A stretch of 64,000 nt of DNA, from NCBI GenBank assembly GCA_951406725.2, contig OX597817.1, positions 150,970,001 through 151,034,000 on the forward strand, given 5' to 3'. The notes beneath the pieces were generated by a model. It was given only the letters and a program-made list of their open reading frames with translations, was not told where the DNA came from and ran no database searches. Within the stretch, counting starts at the first letter, position 1; each line of letters starts with the position of its first letter. Made by a program: the position numbers and the translations under genes. Positions 1 to 13,610 of this stretch are shown here, in pieces. This DNA is from Octopus vulgaris. Taxonomy: Eukaryota.

Positions 1-409
1 AAAACTTCCCCACCCAGATTATACAATTACATAATTATCAACACACTTGGTTAAGTTACTAAATTATAGGGGCAATAATCTTTAAGAGTTGGAGTTTTCA
101 GGCAAATAAAATAATGAGCATTTAACATATATTCCAGAAATCTGATATAAGTGGGACAATAAAAATATGCAAAGCATTTTTAAAGTTCAGCATGTAACTA
201 CTATAGTGTAAATTCAAACAGAGTTATATTTCTTAGAAGAATTTATATATTAATTCTTTGAACTCATTCTTTCAAAAGAGGCTAGCTTTATATAAAATGT
301 AAAGGAGTAAGGATTTGGAATCCAGGCAAGAACTTTATTAGCATTCTGATATAATCCAGATCTGGCTAACCACATCAATGATAGGGAACATACAGAATTA
401 AGATAAGTG

Positions 410-970
410 CAGGAGTGGCTGTGAGGTAAGTAGCTTATTACTTACCAACCACATGGTTCCGGGTTCAGTCCTACTGCGTGGCACTTTGGGCAGGTGTCTT
501 CTACTATAGACTCGGGCCGACCAAAGTCTTGTGAGTGGATTTGGTACACGGAAACTGAAAGAAGCCTGTCGTATATATATATATATATGTATATATATAT
601 GTGTTAAGCATATATATATTGCCGGTAAAGGTTTTAGCTGCCAATTCTGTACAAGACATTGTAGATCTTTAGCTGGGCTAAAAAGTCACATTTGATCACA
701 GCAGCAATAACAGTTAAGCTTCATACAATGGCCATACTCAATAACGAGGGAGCAGCCATCATATGTATGTGTGTAAATGTTTGTCCCCCCAACATCACTT
801 GACAACTGATGCTGGTGTGTTCACGTCCACCTAAACTAAGTGGTTTGTCAAAAAGAGACAGATAAAATAAGTACTAGGCTTACAAAGAATAAGTCCTGGG
901 GTCGATTTGCTCAACTAAAAGGCAGTGCTCCAGCATGGCCGCAGTCAAATGACTGAAACTAGTAAAAGAG
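410..970 (+). mobile_element. SINE family A (tRNA-like head, central microsatellite, ...gactgaaacaagtaaaagag tail)
   Basis: A-box/B-box-like head ggagtggctgtg..ggttcagtccc; about 20 full or partial copies in the window. Confidence 0.85.
620..762 (+). mobile_element. 5'-truncated RTE LINE 3' end inserted in the (TA)n of a family-A SINE
   Basis: GFSCQFCTRHCRSLAGLKSHI* zinc-finger-like C-terminus followed by a gccatactc...gccatcat tail. Confidence 0.65.
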
Positions 971-1092
971 TAATTATACCATCTTGATTACACACTTTGT
1001 ATGTTTTTATGAAGTCTTTGTGTGTGTGTGTGTGTGTACGTGTGTAAAGAGATATTTGGAAAATGTAGATGATCACCTCAGTCATCACTCAC

Positions 1093-1104
1093 GTGAAGTC
1101 CAGG
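1093..1104 (-). other. Candidate 12-nt frame-preserving micro-exon
   Basis: cctgattgttttcctttactgtacactccttctag|CCTGGACTTCAC|gtgagt in unique sequence. Confidence 0.4.
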
Positions 1105-2754
1105 CTAGAAGGAGTGTACAGTAAAGGAAAACAATCAGGTAAAACCAAAGCATTCCACACATTCTCACTACAACATTCTAAGCCTCTCCCACCAACAGCA
1201 TTTATAACCATGTGCAAAGTGTATTATACCATTTGAATGACATGACAGAATCTTCTTTAATATCACACAAACTTGCATAATCATTGCTTGTGTATGTTTC
1301 AACATATTAAACAATTCATTTATCTCACCTGTTATTGATATGATTCATCATCATCATCATCGTTTAACGTCCGTTTTCCATGCTAGCATGGGTTGGACGG
1401 TTCGACTGGGGTCTGAGAAGCCAGGAGGCTGCACCAGGCTCCAGTGCGATCTGGCAGTGTTTCTACAGCTGGATGCCCTTACTAATGCCAACCACTCTGA
1501 GTGTAGTGGGTGCTTTTTACATGCCACTGGCACAGGGGCCAAAGGAGGCTGGCAAATGCCCATGATAGGTTGGTACTTTTTACGTGTCACCGACACGGAT
1601 GCCAGTCAGGCGGCACTGGTATCGGCCACGTTCGGATGGTGCTTTTTACATGCCGGGGCTAAACATAGAGGAGACAAACAAGGACAGGCAATGGGATTGT
1701 TGATTACATCGACCCCAGTGTGTAACTGGTACTTAATTTATCAACTCCGAAGGATGAAAGGCAAAGTCGACCTTGGCAGAATTTGAACTCAGAACATAAT
1801 GGCAGATGAAATACCGCTAAGCATTTCGCCCGGTGTGCTAACGTTTCTGCCAGCTTTCCGCCTGGTAGGAATTTCTGACCCTGAACCCATGCCAGCATGG
1901 ACAACAAGTGTTAAATGATGATGGTGAGTGTTCAGTTACTCTCTAAACTAAACTACTAAGGTCACTGAATTAATGTTTAAGTGGATCAGTATTCCACAGA
2001 CATGTCATGTACCTTTAATGCAATTCTGAAGTTGATAGAGTATGTGATAAGGCTCGACATTTGAATTACAGGTACAATCCATCAGGCAGGTAGTCTTCCA
2101 CACAGTTTCCATTGACCCAGTTTCACTCCATATACGGGTTGACCTGATATTACAGAAAATGATTCTTGGTTGTGATGTGCAGTGGAATCGAATCCAGGAT
2201 CTCATGATTCCAAAGTGAACTACTGAACCGTTTGGCCACACTACACCTACAGAGAAATCGAGACCCCCCCCACCTCACCATATATTTAAGTGTATGTGAG
2301 CACACAATTAATTGTGTAGGTACACACTGCTCTGCTTGACTGTATATTGTCTTTGATTAACTAATGTACATGCTGACATGTATAAAGTCATAATGGGTTC
2401 TGGTTTCATAGAAGTGTGCAAATGAGAATTCTATCTCTTCCTAAATATGATACTGGTTTCTCTCAGATACCTTGAACCTATTCCAAATCACGAGGTGAAC
2501 TGGGACATTTAGAATGCTATTACAGAAAAGAACAAACTGCAGCAATCTATAATTTGGGAATTCAATACCAAATCAATTTAATCACTTCACTTTGCATGTG
2601 CATGTGTGACTGCACGTACATACATTATTTCTTGTTTCAGTTACTGAATAGTGGCCATGTTGGAGCACTACACTGAAGGATTTTAATTGATCATAATCTC
2701 AATATGTATTTTTAAGTCTGATATTTATTGATTTCTATTTCTCAAACCACTAAG

Positions 2755-2794
<40 letters not shown>

Positions 2795-2970
2795 CTATAA
2801 CTGTGTTGCTTGTTTAAGAGTACATGTGTAGTAGTTTGGTCTTAAAGCAGTTCTGAGACAGTGAACCTATAACTAAAACACTACAGCCATGACTTCTCCA
2901 CCTTTTCTCAGGCAGTGTACTTTGAAATAATTTAACTGCTATTTCTAGAAAGGTGAGTGACAGTGCAGAG

Positions 2971-3165
2971 CAGCAGTTCTCAACCTTTTTAATATCCAGG
3001 CCAGATCCAAAATCTGGATTTCTTTTTAGGGTGCTGCACCAAAAAAGTAAAACACAGGTCAGTTGAAGAAAATTTTATATTTATAGAAGGAAGACTGTCA
3101 GGGGGCTACTGGAGGGACGCTGGAGGGCTGCATGTGACCCTGGGAGCTGTGATTGAGAATCACTG
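2971..3165. mobile_element. hAT (Charlie-like) MITE
   Basis: CAGcaGTTCTCAAcc / GATTGAGAATCACTG TIRs; 8-bp TSD-like GTGCAGAG/ATGTAGAG; relatives at ~6981-7207, 30607-31015 and 32354-33005. Confidence 0.7.
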
Positions 3166-3889
3166 ATGTAGAGACTCCTTCATTGGCTTAAAACTATGTG
3201 TGTGTATGCACTGTGGTCTGTGTGTTTGTATGTATGCATGCATATGTAGATAAGTGTATGCATGTGAGATAGAGATGTGTGTGTATGTATGAGTGAATGT
3301 GTATTCATGTATATAGAGGTGTTAGTATATGCATGGATATAGAGGTGCTAAGTAGATAAGTTAACTATAGTGTATCTACCCTTCCTAAAATCTGTCCTAA
3401 ATCTGGGGTACCAAAAAAATTCGCAAAAGCAGGGTACAAGCTATCAGGTTATACTCGCTTGTGAGTGATGGTTTCTTTTTTTATAACCAACTGAAGGCAT
3501 AAGGGCCAGTGGCCAGGGTGTTGCAATCACGATTGTAAAATCCTGGTTTTGATTCTCAGACCAGCTGCATGTCATGTTCTTGACCAAAATACTTAATTTC
3601 ATGTATATAAATATAAACAAACTAACATTAAAACAAATTTTTTTTTTATAAGTGTTGAAATGTGTATTGTATGATGCAAATAAGATTATAGTTTTTTCTG
3701 AACACTGAGACACCGTTCGAACAGTAGAAACCTTGGGTACATTAACCCTTACAAAGTGGAAAAATTTGTCAACAACCATCCATGAGTAATTTACCCAATA
3801 TTTCTGCTGTTCTAACAGCGTTTCTGCATTCAAAAAAACAATCATCATACAATACACATTTTGACTTTTATAAAAAAACAAATGCTAGT

Positions 3890-4171
3890 TTGCAGCGTGG
3901 AAGGTGTTTATAAGCCATTTAAGAAACAAAAAAAAACCGTTAGATTCACTTCAACATTTAAATTTAATTTGTCAAAAATATTTTCCTCGCTTTGAGACCA
4001 CAGCCTGTTCACTGACAAAATTCCGTGAGATGCTGCAAGGAATTTTGTCAGTGAACAGGTCGCAGGCTCAAAGTGTAAAAATATTTTGACAAATTAAATT
4101 TAAATGTTGAAGTCAATCTAATGGTTTTTGTGTGTTTCTTAAATGGCTTATAAACACCTTCCACGCTGCAA
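3890..4171. mobile_element. Foldback (fully palindromic) MITE, ~280 bp
   Basis: ~135-bp inverted arms TTGCAGCGTGGAAGGTGTTTATAAGCC...; TAGT on both sides as a possible 4-bp TSD. Confidence 0.8.
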
Positions 4172-5160
4172 TAGTTTTCTTTTAAGCACATGATCTCAGA
4201 TCAGGTCACCTGCTATGCAAGTACATCTCTGTACAATGCTAGTTTGTTTATATCTATATGCACATAACTGTGTATTTAACTTTATAGTGTCTAAATTTGC
4301 AGATAAGGTTGTTAGCGGGCACTTTAGCTTAATGGTAAAGCACTCAGCTGAAGTCTTTAAAGGAAGTGGGTTCGTGTCCCTTGGGTGGTTGTTGACAAAT
4401 TTTTCCGCTTTGTAAGGGTAATTTACTCAATTTTTCTGCTGTTCTAATGGCATTTTATGTTTGAAAAAATTATCAGCTTCATTTCATGTTACTCCAGCCT
4501 ACTCAGCCGTAAATGAGTTCCGGACAATAGCTGGAAAGTTAACCTTGCGACAGACTGGTATCCTGTTCAGGGAATGAATCAGTGTTGGATTAACCATTAA
4601 GCAAAATAAGTACATGCTTAGGGTATCAAGGGAAGGGGGCCACTATAGAAATGGTAAATGGTTTACAACACAAAAGAAATCACTTTAACCCTTTAGCATT
4701 TAAATCAGTTATATATGGCCAAAAATATTCAACTTCTTTTATGTTTAAATTGTCCAGATCTAACCTCTCACACAAGCCCTACAATGTCATTCTAAAAATA
4801 GTTACCTCATCAAAATCTCAAAAGATTAATTCAAAACAAAATGAATGAACAAAGTGCATGGCTCAGTGGTTAGAGTGTTGGGCTCACAATCATGAGGTAG
4901 TGAGTTCAATTCCTGGACTGGGCTGTGTGTTTTGTTCTCAAGCAAGACTATTTCATATTGCTCCAGCTCATTAAGCTGCAGAAATGAGTTGCGATGTCAC
5001 TGGTGCCAAGCTTTGGATAACATTAGTGGTGTGGAGAGGGGATGGCTGTATGCATGGGCCACTGCTGGTCTTCCATAAACAACTTTGCCCGGACTTGTGT
5101 CTCAGAAGGGGGGAACTTTCTAGGTGCAATTCTATGGTCATTCATGACTTAAGGGGGTCA

Positions 5161-5196
<36 letters not shown>

Positions 5197-5467
5197 TTTC
5201 AACAGAATGTGAATGCTGGAAGGTTAAACTTGCTAAAATAATATTCAAAGCAGTTTATATGACTGGAAATATAATTTTTGAAGTGTTCATGGTGTCATAG
5301 TGAGGATCTGAACAAAGACTTTGCAATTAAAAATAAAAAAAAGGAGATATGTTTTCAAATATAAATAAAGTGGAAGTATACAAAAATAAACATTTTTCAT
5401 GTTACTGTTAGTTTTGTTTCATATTGAAAAACTAAAATTTATGGTTTATTATTGTTTATATTTTGAA

Positions 5468-5870
5468 GAGTGGCTGTGTGGTAAGTAGCTTGCTTATGAA
5501 CCACACGGTTCTGGGTTCAGTCCCACTGCATGGCACCTTGGGCAGGTGTCTTCTACTATAGCCCCGGGCTGACCAAAGCCTTGTGAATGGATTTGGTAGA
5601 TGGAAACTGAAAGAAGCCCGTCGTGTATATGTGTATATACATATGTGTGTGTGTATGTTTGTGTGTCTGAGTTTGTCCCCCCCCAACATCTCTTGACAAC
5701 GATGCTGGTGTTTACGTCCTCGTAACTTAGCGGTTTGGCAAAAAAGAGACCGATAGAATAAGTTCTAGGCTTGCAAAGAATAAGTCCTGGAGTCAGTTGA
5801 TTTGCTCGACTGAAGGTGGTGCTCCAGCATGGCCGCAGTCAAATAATGACTGAAACAAGTAAAAGAGTAT
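5468..5870 (+). mobile_element. SINE family A copy
   Basis: Full-length match to other family-A copies. Confidence 0.85.
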
Positions 5871-6201
5871 ATATGGGGGCACCAAAATCTTTTAAGTGCT
5901 TAGGGCCTCTATGGGTCTTAATCTGGCACTGGAGGAAGGGCTAAGCTTCACCCTTACGAGTCATAGGTGTTATATCAGACCTTAGTAAGTATCCAACAAA
6001 AAAACCCTTGTATGTGGTGCACCAGCATGGTTGCAGTCCAATGACTGAAGCCAGTTAAAGAATACATATTACACACACAGAAACCTAACGGCATATGCCT
6101 GCCATAATCACCACATACAGATATCATTTATATTGTAGCTTTTATTAAGAGAGTTAAGTTTTTTTGTCTTTGTCTATAGAAGCAGAACACAGCAAGATAT
6201 T

Positions 6202-6245
<44 letters not shown>

Positions 6246-7219
6246 GAGAGGGGCATTCATTGAATCGTAACATGGTTATAAAGAAATATCAATAAAAACG
6301 ATTTAATTGAAGACAATCAAAACAAAACCATACATTATTAATTTTTGTAAAATGAGAAAATGAAGCAAAAATAAAATGAAATAAAATTACAAAAACCTGC
6401 TTTTCATGTAAAAAAAAAAAAAAAAAAAAAAGTCCTATTGGAATGATTTCTCAATGAAAATAAATAAATTTCAATAAATTAAATTGTTAAAGACTGTTAG
6501 AAATAGAGGCCGTATATTGATTAGGAATTTTTTCTCTTTCTTTTCTATTTGATCAAAAGAAATAAAGAATTAGACCAGTATTGATTAAATATCTTGGTAT
6601 GTAGAAACCTAGCTTTCTAGATTAGCAGCAGGAAATGGTGAATTTCCTGAAATAACTTGATACAATTAAGAACCATGTACATATATTTTGTAACAATTTA
6701 AAACATTCTTTATTTTCAGCCTCTCTCTTCATTGAATAATTTGTTAATATTAATTATAAAAGAAAATATAGGACAACCTCATCCTAAATCATTTTTACTT
6801 GACTTGAATCCCTTCATGGGTCAATGAAGACCTTTTCACTCAGTTCTCAATGTTACCATCACAGATTAAAATCCCTATGAGATTTTATCATAATCCAGTA
6901 GTTGCTACCTTTTCTTAGTTTACTTGAGCCAATGAGGGAGTCTCTACACGATTGCTTGACTCACTAGAAACAGCAGTCAAACAGTTCTGTTTTTTTGTTT
7001 ACCTATGGACTCCTTTGATTTCTGTTTTACTCAGATGGACCATCCTGGCCATTTGAGGCTTAGAAAATCATGTTATATTTTTTTATATTATTAGAAACTG
7101 ACTAAAGAAATTGTTAAAATATTTTGTGTATTGTAAAAGTATAACTAATTTATTACAGAAATTTTAACAACAAAATCTTATATGGACCCCAATTGAGAAC
7201 TACTGCCTTACAGTCTTAA

Positions 7220-7441
7220 CCCTTTCAATACCAACCCGGCTGAAACCGCCTCTAGCTCTGTAGTACAAATGTCTTGTTTTCATAAGTTTTGAATTAAAAT
7301 CTTCCACCAAACCTTAGTCACAATTTATGTTCCTAACACTAGCTGAATGATAACTAAGTTATTTTACTAAATTCTTTGTTATATTTAAAATTAATTGAAA
7401 GAAACACAGAGCATCTCAATAGAAATATAGTAGCAAAAGGG
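7220..7441. mobile_element. piggyBac-like MITE
   Basis: TTAA|CCCTTT...AAAGGG|TTAA; inverted copy at 45367-45583; related element at 21791-21997; partial copies near 4689, 19830-20335 and 60721. Confidence 0.8.
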
Positions 7442-8004
7442 TTAAACAAGGACAGGATACATTGGGCAATGCCAGATACCTCTAAAAAGCCAGCTAGAAT
7501 GCCTTTGATCAGATGTCTATGGTGGCATGGGTTGGACTGTGGCTAAAACAACAACTTTCTCCATTTTACACTTAATGTACAATGGCATGTGGAGAAAGAC
7601 CACCCGGCCATATCAATTTTAGGAGTCAGCATCCTTTTTACCATTATAAAACACTGTTCTTTCTTGGACATCGGAGTCAGAAACGATTAAGGGGTAGCTA
7701 GAGTCAGAGTTGGAAAAACCATACCGACTGACTCACAATATCTTTATTCTTTAATATAAACCAGTTATAACATATAGGCCTACTCAAAGTACAAGCATAT
7801 GCTTTATGAGATATGTAGACCACAATCACTTAATTACATAAAGAGGAGTCGGAGGTGCCAATAGTAGAGGAGTCGGAGTCAAAGTTTTTTGTTTTGACTC
7901 CACAGCCCTGCTTGACATGATAATTCTGCAGAAGAATAGAAAAGGGAACAATTCCAATCTTAAAAGCAACTAATTCACTTGAATTATGCTTGTTCTAAAA
8001 TTTC

Positions 8005-9375
8005 TCTTTTACTTGTTTCAGTCATTTGACTGTGGTTATGCTGGAGCACCACCTTTAGTCAAACAAATCGAACCCAGGACTTATTCTTTGTAAGCCTAGT
8101 ACTTATTATATCGGTATATTATATCGGACGTAAACACACCAGCATCAGTTGTCAAGCGATGTTGAGGGGACAAACACAGACACACAAACATATACGATGG
8201 GCTTCTTTCAGTTTCCGTCTACCAAATCCACTCACAAGGCTTTGGTCGGCCCGAGGCTATAGTAGAAGACACTCGCCCAAAGTGCCACGCAGTGGGACTG
8301 AACCCAAAACTATGTGGTTCGTAAGCAAGCTAATTACCACACAGCCACTCCTACATCTATAATTAGTTTAAAATTTTTGGCCCAAGGTCAGTAATTTCAG
8401 GGAAGAGGGATACTCGATTACATTGAGCCCAGTACTCAACTGGTATTTAATCTTATTGATCCCAAAAGGATGAAAGGCAAAGCCAACCTTGGCAGAATCT
8501 GAACTCAGAGTGAAAAGACAGAAAATGCCCCTCAGTATATTGTCTGGTATAATAACAATTCTGTCAGATCTCTGTCTTCACGCTTGTCTTATTATTATTA
8601 AGGTTATACTTAAATCTCCTTGGTTCTTAAGATTTTGTTATAATAAAAATAGCAATAATAGTAATTCTTTCTAATTTTGGCACAAAGCCAGCAATTTAAC
8701 CCGTACTCAAATGGCACTTATTATACTGACCCTGAAAACCTGAAAGGTAAAGTTGGCTCCATAATAATAATAACAGTCTTATCTTTTATCCTTTACTTGT
8801 TTGTCGTTAGACTGTGGACATGTTGGGGACCCACCTTAGAGAATTTTAGTCAAATGATTGACCCCAGTACTTATTTTTTTAAAAGCCTGGTACTTATTCT
8901 ACTGGTCTCTTTTGCTGAACTGCTAAGTTATGGGGATGTAAACACAACACTGGTTGTCAAGTGGAGGACACACATACAACAGGCTTCTTTCAGTTTCCAT
9001 CTACCAAATCCACTCAGAAGGTTTTGGTTGGCCTGAGGCTATAGCAGAAGACACTTGCCAAAGGTGCCATGTAGTGGGACTGAACTCTGTTGGGAAACAA
9101 ACTTCTTACCACACAGCCACATCTAAGGTCAGAAATATTTTAGGGGAGAGAGTACGTCAATTTCCTTGACCCCCCCCCCCAACACCTCCATTGTGCTGAA
9201 CTGGTATTTCTTTTAGGCACAGGAGTGGCTGTGTGGTAAGTACCTTGCTTACCAACCACATGGTTCCGGATTCATTCCCACTGCATAACACCTTGGGCAA
9301 GTGTCTTCTACTAAAGCCTCGGGCCGACCAAAGCCTTGTGAGTGGATTTGGTAAATGGAAACTGAAAGAAGCCTG

Positions 9376-9416
<41 letters not shown>

Positions 9417-9630
9417 AATATGTTTGTGTGTCTGTGTTTATACTCCCAACATCACTTGACAGCCGATAGTGGTGTGTTTATGTCCCCGTAACTTAGCGGT
9501 TCAGCAAAAGAGACCGATAGAATAAGTACTAGGCTTCCAAAGAATAAGTCCTGGGGTCGATTCGTTCGACTAAAGGCGGTGCTCCAGCATGGCCGCAGTC
9601 AAATGACTGAAACAAGTAAAAGAGAAAGAG
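8005..9630. mobile_element. SINE cluster: A(-) 8005-8352, B-variant(-), A(-) 8790-9120, A(+) 9218-9630
   Basis: Similarity to family consensus in both orientations. Confidence 0.8.
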
Positions 9631-9978
9631 ACCCTGAAAGGCTGAAAAGTAATGTTGACCTTTGTGGAATTTGAACTCTGAATATCGTGAACTTATAGTG
9701 TACAGTGCTCATGTGCATTAAAACTCATCAGGAAAAGGTGAAAAAGGTAGAAAAAGCAGCTTAAAGTCAAGTGAAGGATGACAGCAATGATAGCTGAAAG
9801 GTGCATGTGTAAGCACAGAGGATAAAACTACGGAAGACTGCAATGAACAGTAAAAGTGTCATGAAGTGGAAATGATGCATTGGTGCATCAGAGTTTTGTG
9901 AAGCATGAAATTTTTGAAGGATACCATGTCCTGACAGCTAACAACTGACTTAACAGAATTATCAAAGCATACAATAAA

Positions 9979-10372
9979 GGATCTTTTCGGTTTAAACGGC
10001 AGTTTTTAACATAATTTCTAGGTAACTAAAAAATTTTAAACTTCGTATACTGGTAGAATGTGTTTATAAAACATCTTTTTCTCTTGGCTTTGAGAAAATT
10101 CTATAGTTTGTAAGATATTTGTTGTTTTTTATTCTTCAATTTCAACCAATCAGTGATGTCTATTGAGTTAAAAAGCATTCTGTGCCATATGAATATGTCC
10201 CTCATTTAAGAAACACATTGGGTTTATTTACATTTGTGAAGAAAAAAAAGATACCCTTCCCCCCACTCCTAAAGAGATTGAAATGCAATAGATTGATTCT
10301 AGGGTCATAATTATGAGTGACAATTTCATATGACACCGCTAGAAAAAACTGCCATTCAAACTGAAAAGATTT
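9979..10372. mobile_element. MITE with ~29-bp TIRs (Merlin-like)
   Basis: GGATCTTTTCGGTTTAAACGGCAGTTTTT / AAAAACTGCCATTCAAACTGAAAAGATTT; 8-bp TSD (a/g)caataaa. Confidence 0.65.
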
Positions 10373-10890
10373 GCAATAAACTACTTAATGCACAAGACTT
10401 AAAGCTACTACTACCTGAAGTTATTAGAAAATACAAACAGAAATTCAATTAAAATATTCATAAAAGGAAAAAAAAAAGACATGGAAATTATTTTTATTTT
10501 CAGTTGTGATATGTATTAGACACTTGAATTGTCTATTGACCACTTGAGTGTTAACGTTAAAATATAAAAGTGCAACTTCCAGTCAAGTGACCGAAATTAT
10601 CTACTTTGTGGTTCATTAGAAGAAGAAAATAAATGTCATTGAGTGCATACACACCTTTAGAAATATGTATTACAATGTGAGCTGTTCTCAAATGCTAACG
10701 TAATAATAATACTAGATACTATTCTTGGGATACGTTCGGTAGATGCTACACGAAAGGTCAGGATATTGATGCAGAACCTGTAAATGTTTGATTGTTTAAA
10801 AGATATTTATATAGTAACACGAAGATAGCTAACCTCAATTTTGCATATTCAATCTATTAGAAATGCCATTTGTTATCGTATTTGTTTCAT

Positions 10891-11305
10891 ATTTCTTTAT
10901 TGCCCACAAGGGGTTAAACATAGAGGGGACAAACAAGGACAGACAAACGGATTAAGTCGATTATATCGACCCCAGTGTGTAACTGGTACTTATTTAATCG
11001 ACCCCGAAAGGATGAAAGGCAATGTTGACCTCGGCGGAATTTGAACTCAGAATGTAGCGACAGACGAAATACCTATTTCTTTATTACCCATAAGGGGCTA
11101 AACATAGAGGGGACAAACAAGGACAGACAAAGGGATTAAGTCGATTATATCGACCCCAGTGTGTAACTGGTACTTATTCAATCGACCCCGAAAGGATGAA
11201 AGGCAAAGTTGACCTCGGTGGAATTTGAACTCAGAATGTAGCGACAGACGAAATACTGCTAAGCATTTCGCCCGGCGTGCTAACAATTCTGCCAGCTTGC
11301 CGCCT
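10891..11305 (-). mobile_element. Tandem family-B SINE (full copy plus headless copy)
   Basis: Two direct units joined at gaaatac|ctatttc (11066-11079). Confidence 0.85.
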
Positions 11306-11691
11306 TTTGTTATCTTATTCGTTTCAGTCACAGAACTATGACTGTACAGGGACAGGTACTGCCTTGAAGGGTTTCAGCTAAACAAATCAACACTCGGACT
11401 TTATTTTTACATTTGATAATTATTTTAATCATCTCTTATGCTGAACTGCTAAGTAATGGGGACGTAACTAAACCAACACTTTGTATTTATGTCCCTGTTT
11501 CCAAGCAAAGTAATATTTCCTCATGGCCAGATATGTTTTTGCAGAATAATGGAAATGACTGACACAGCTTATATGGTTGAAGCTTTGATGAAGCTAGAGG
11601 GTGATACTCAAGCAGTCAACTATCAGCGCATTGCACCTTGTAGCAGAAACAGCTGTAAGCTAATGAAGTTAATAATTGTTCCTTTGTCAAC

Positions 11692-11722
<31 letters not shown>

Positions 11723-12466
11723 CATCATCGTTTAATGTCTGTTTTCCATGCTAGGATGGGCCGGACGGTTCAACCGGGTTCTGGGAAGCCAGGAGGCTGC
11801 ACCAGGCTCCAGTTTCATCTGGCAGTGTTTTTACAGCTGGATGCCCTTCCTTAATGCCAACCACTCCATGAGTGTAATGGCTGCTTTTTACATGCCACCG
11901 GCACAGGGGAGGCTGGCAACAGCCACGATCAGTTGGTGCTTTTTATGTGCCACTGGCATGGAAGCCAGTCAAGGCGGCGCTGGCATCGGCCACATTCGGA
12001 TGGTGCTTTTTACATGCCACCGGCATGGGTATCACAACTACAATTTCCATTTGATTTTTATTTTGATGTTGATGTACTTGACTCAATAGGTCTCCTCAAG
12101 CATAGCAGGTCTCCCTACGATCCAAGGTAAGCACAGTAGGCCATTTTGCGATCCAAGGTACTTTGGATGGGCTGGGGCTGGTGCAGGAAACGGCAATGAA
12201 CTCACATTATTTGTTGGGTCTTTGCAGTCACATATAGTTCATGATAAGTGGTTTGTGTCTGATGAATATGTTTGAAGTATTTCTTAACATATGAAATTAT
12301 TAGTAGCACATAAAAATATGTATTGTGTATATTAAATACTCTCTCTCACACACACACACACATACACAGGTGAATGGACAAACAAAAGAGAGGTATTCAA
12401 CACAATGGGAATTTGTTCTGTAAGAAGCCTATGAAAGTAAGTTTCAAGGGGCTGAATCAAACTTTT

Positions 12467-12505
<39 letters not shown>

Positions 12506-13099
12506 GGATTCTTTCAGTTTCCATCTACCAAATCCACCCACAAAGCTTTGACCAGCCTAGGGTTATAGTAGATGTTTGCCCAAGGTGACACACAGTGGGA
12601 CTGAACTTGAAGCCATATGGTTGGGAAGCAAACTTCTTAACCACACAGCCATATCTGTGTCTATAAAAAAAAAAAATATTATTAAAAAATAAACAGACAA
12701 ATCAGTAAGGTTAATTATTCAAGGAAGCCATCTAAAAAAAAAAAATAATTTAAAAATGTCAAAATTTATGCTAGCATATTTCATACAATGAACTTTAGAT
12801 ATTAAAAAATTCTAATTAGAAATACTTTTGCAGTGAAAAAAAAACGATAGCATTAGCTCAATGACTAATATTATTTTAATCATAAAATGTTGCATCGTGT
12901 TTAGTTAGGTATGTGATGTATATCTTATAAGGGAGGCTTTCTCTGTTGCTATGCATATTCTTCCATCCAGTGTAAGCAGCTGATTGTTGAACAACATGCA
13001 GATCATGTGATGCTGTAATGCTATTACAGAGTGGCTCATGTGATTGATGTTTGAAATATTAGAGTAATTCAGATTCAATGGGAAATATCCGAAGAATGA

Positions 13100-13610
13100 A
13101 AGAGAGAGAGAGAGTATGTGTGTGTGTGTGTGTGTTCTTAGGTATGTATTGATATGCATGTACATGTACAGATATGTGTGCATGCATGTGTATGTGTGTA
13201 TGCACTTGTGTATATATGTATTAGAGAGTGTGTGAGTGTGCATGCATGTGCGTGTGTGTGCATATGTATGCATGTGCAAGTGTGAGCATGTGTATGTATG
13301 TGGGTGAGCGTGAGAGTGTGTGTGAGTGTGAGAGTGTATGCATGCTTGAGTGCATGCGTGTGTGAGTGTATTGGCATTGAGTGCATTTACGTATGTCAGA
13401 GTGAGTGTATGTCAGGGCGCATACACATGAGAGAGTGTGTGTGCACGAGAGAGAGTGCGTGTGAGCATCAGATAGTACATGTGTGTGCACACAACAGAGT
13501 ATATGCACAGAAGTGCATATGCAGGAGATAGTGCATGTGTGCATATGCACGAAAGTGCATGTGTGCATGAGTGTCTTATGTGTGCAAGTGCATGACACTA
13601 TGTGCACATA
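13100..13610. repeat. Degenerate (GT/AT/GC)n purine-pyrimidine low-complexity tract
   Basis: ~500 bp of cryptic gtgt/gcat repeats; source of spurious His/Thr-rich ORFs. Confidence 0.85.

Noticed and set aside
9590-9630. Family-A tail AGTC-AAAT-GACT-GAAAC-AA-GTA resembling the 3' half of a hammerhead
   Set aside because: No CUGANGA or stem I partner upstream in any copy; more likely a LINE-recognition stem-loop
12905-13607. His/Thr- and Cys/Val-rich ORFs
   Set aside because: Translations of (CA/GT)n low-complexity DNA
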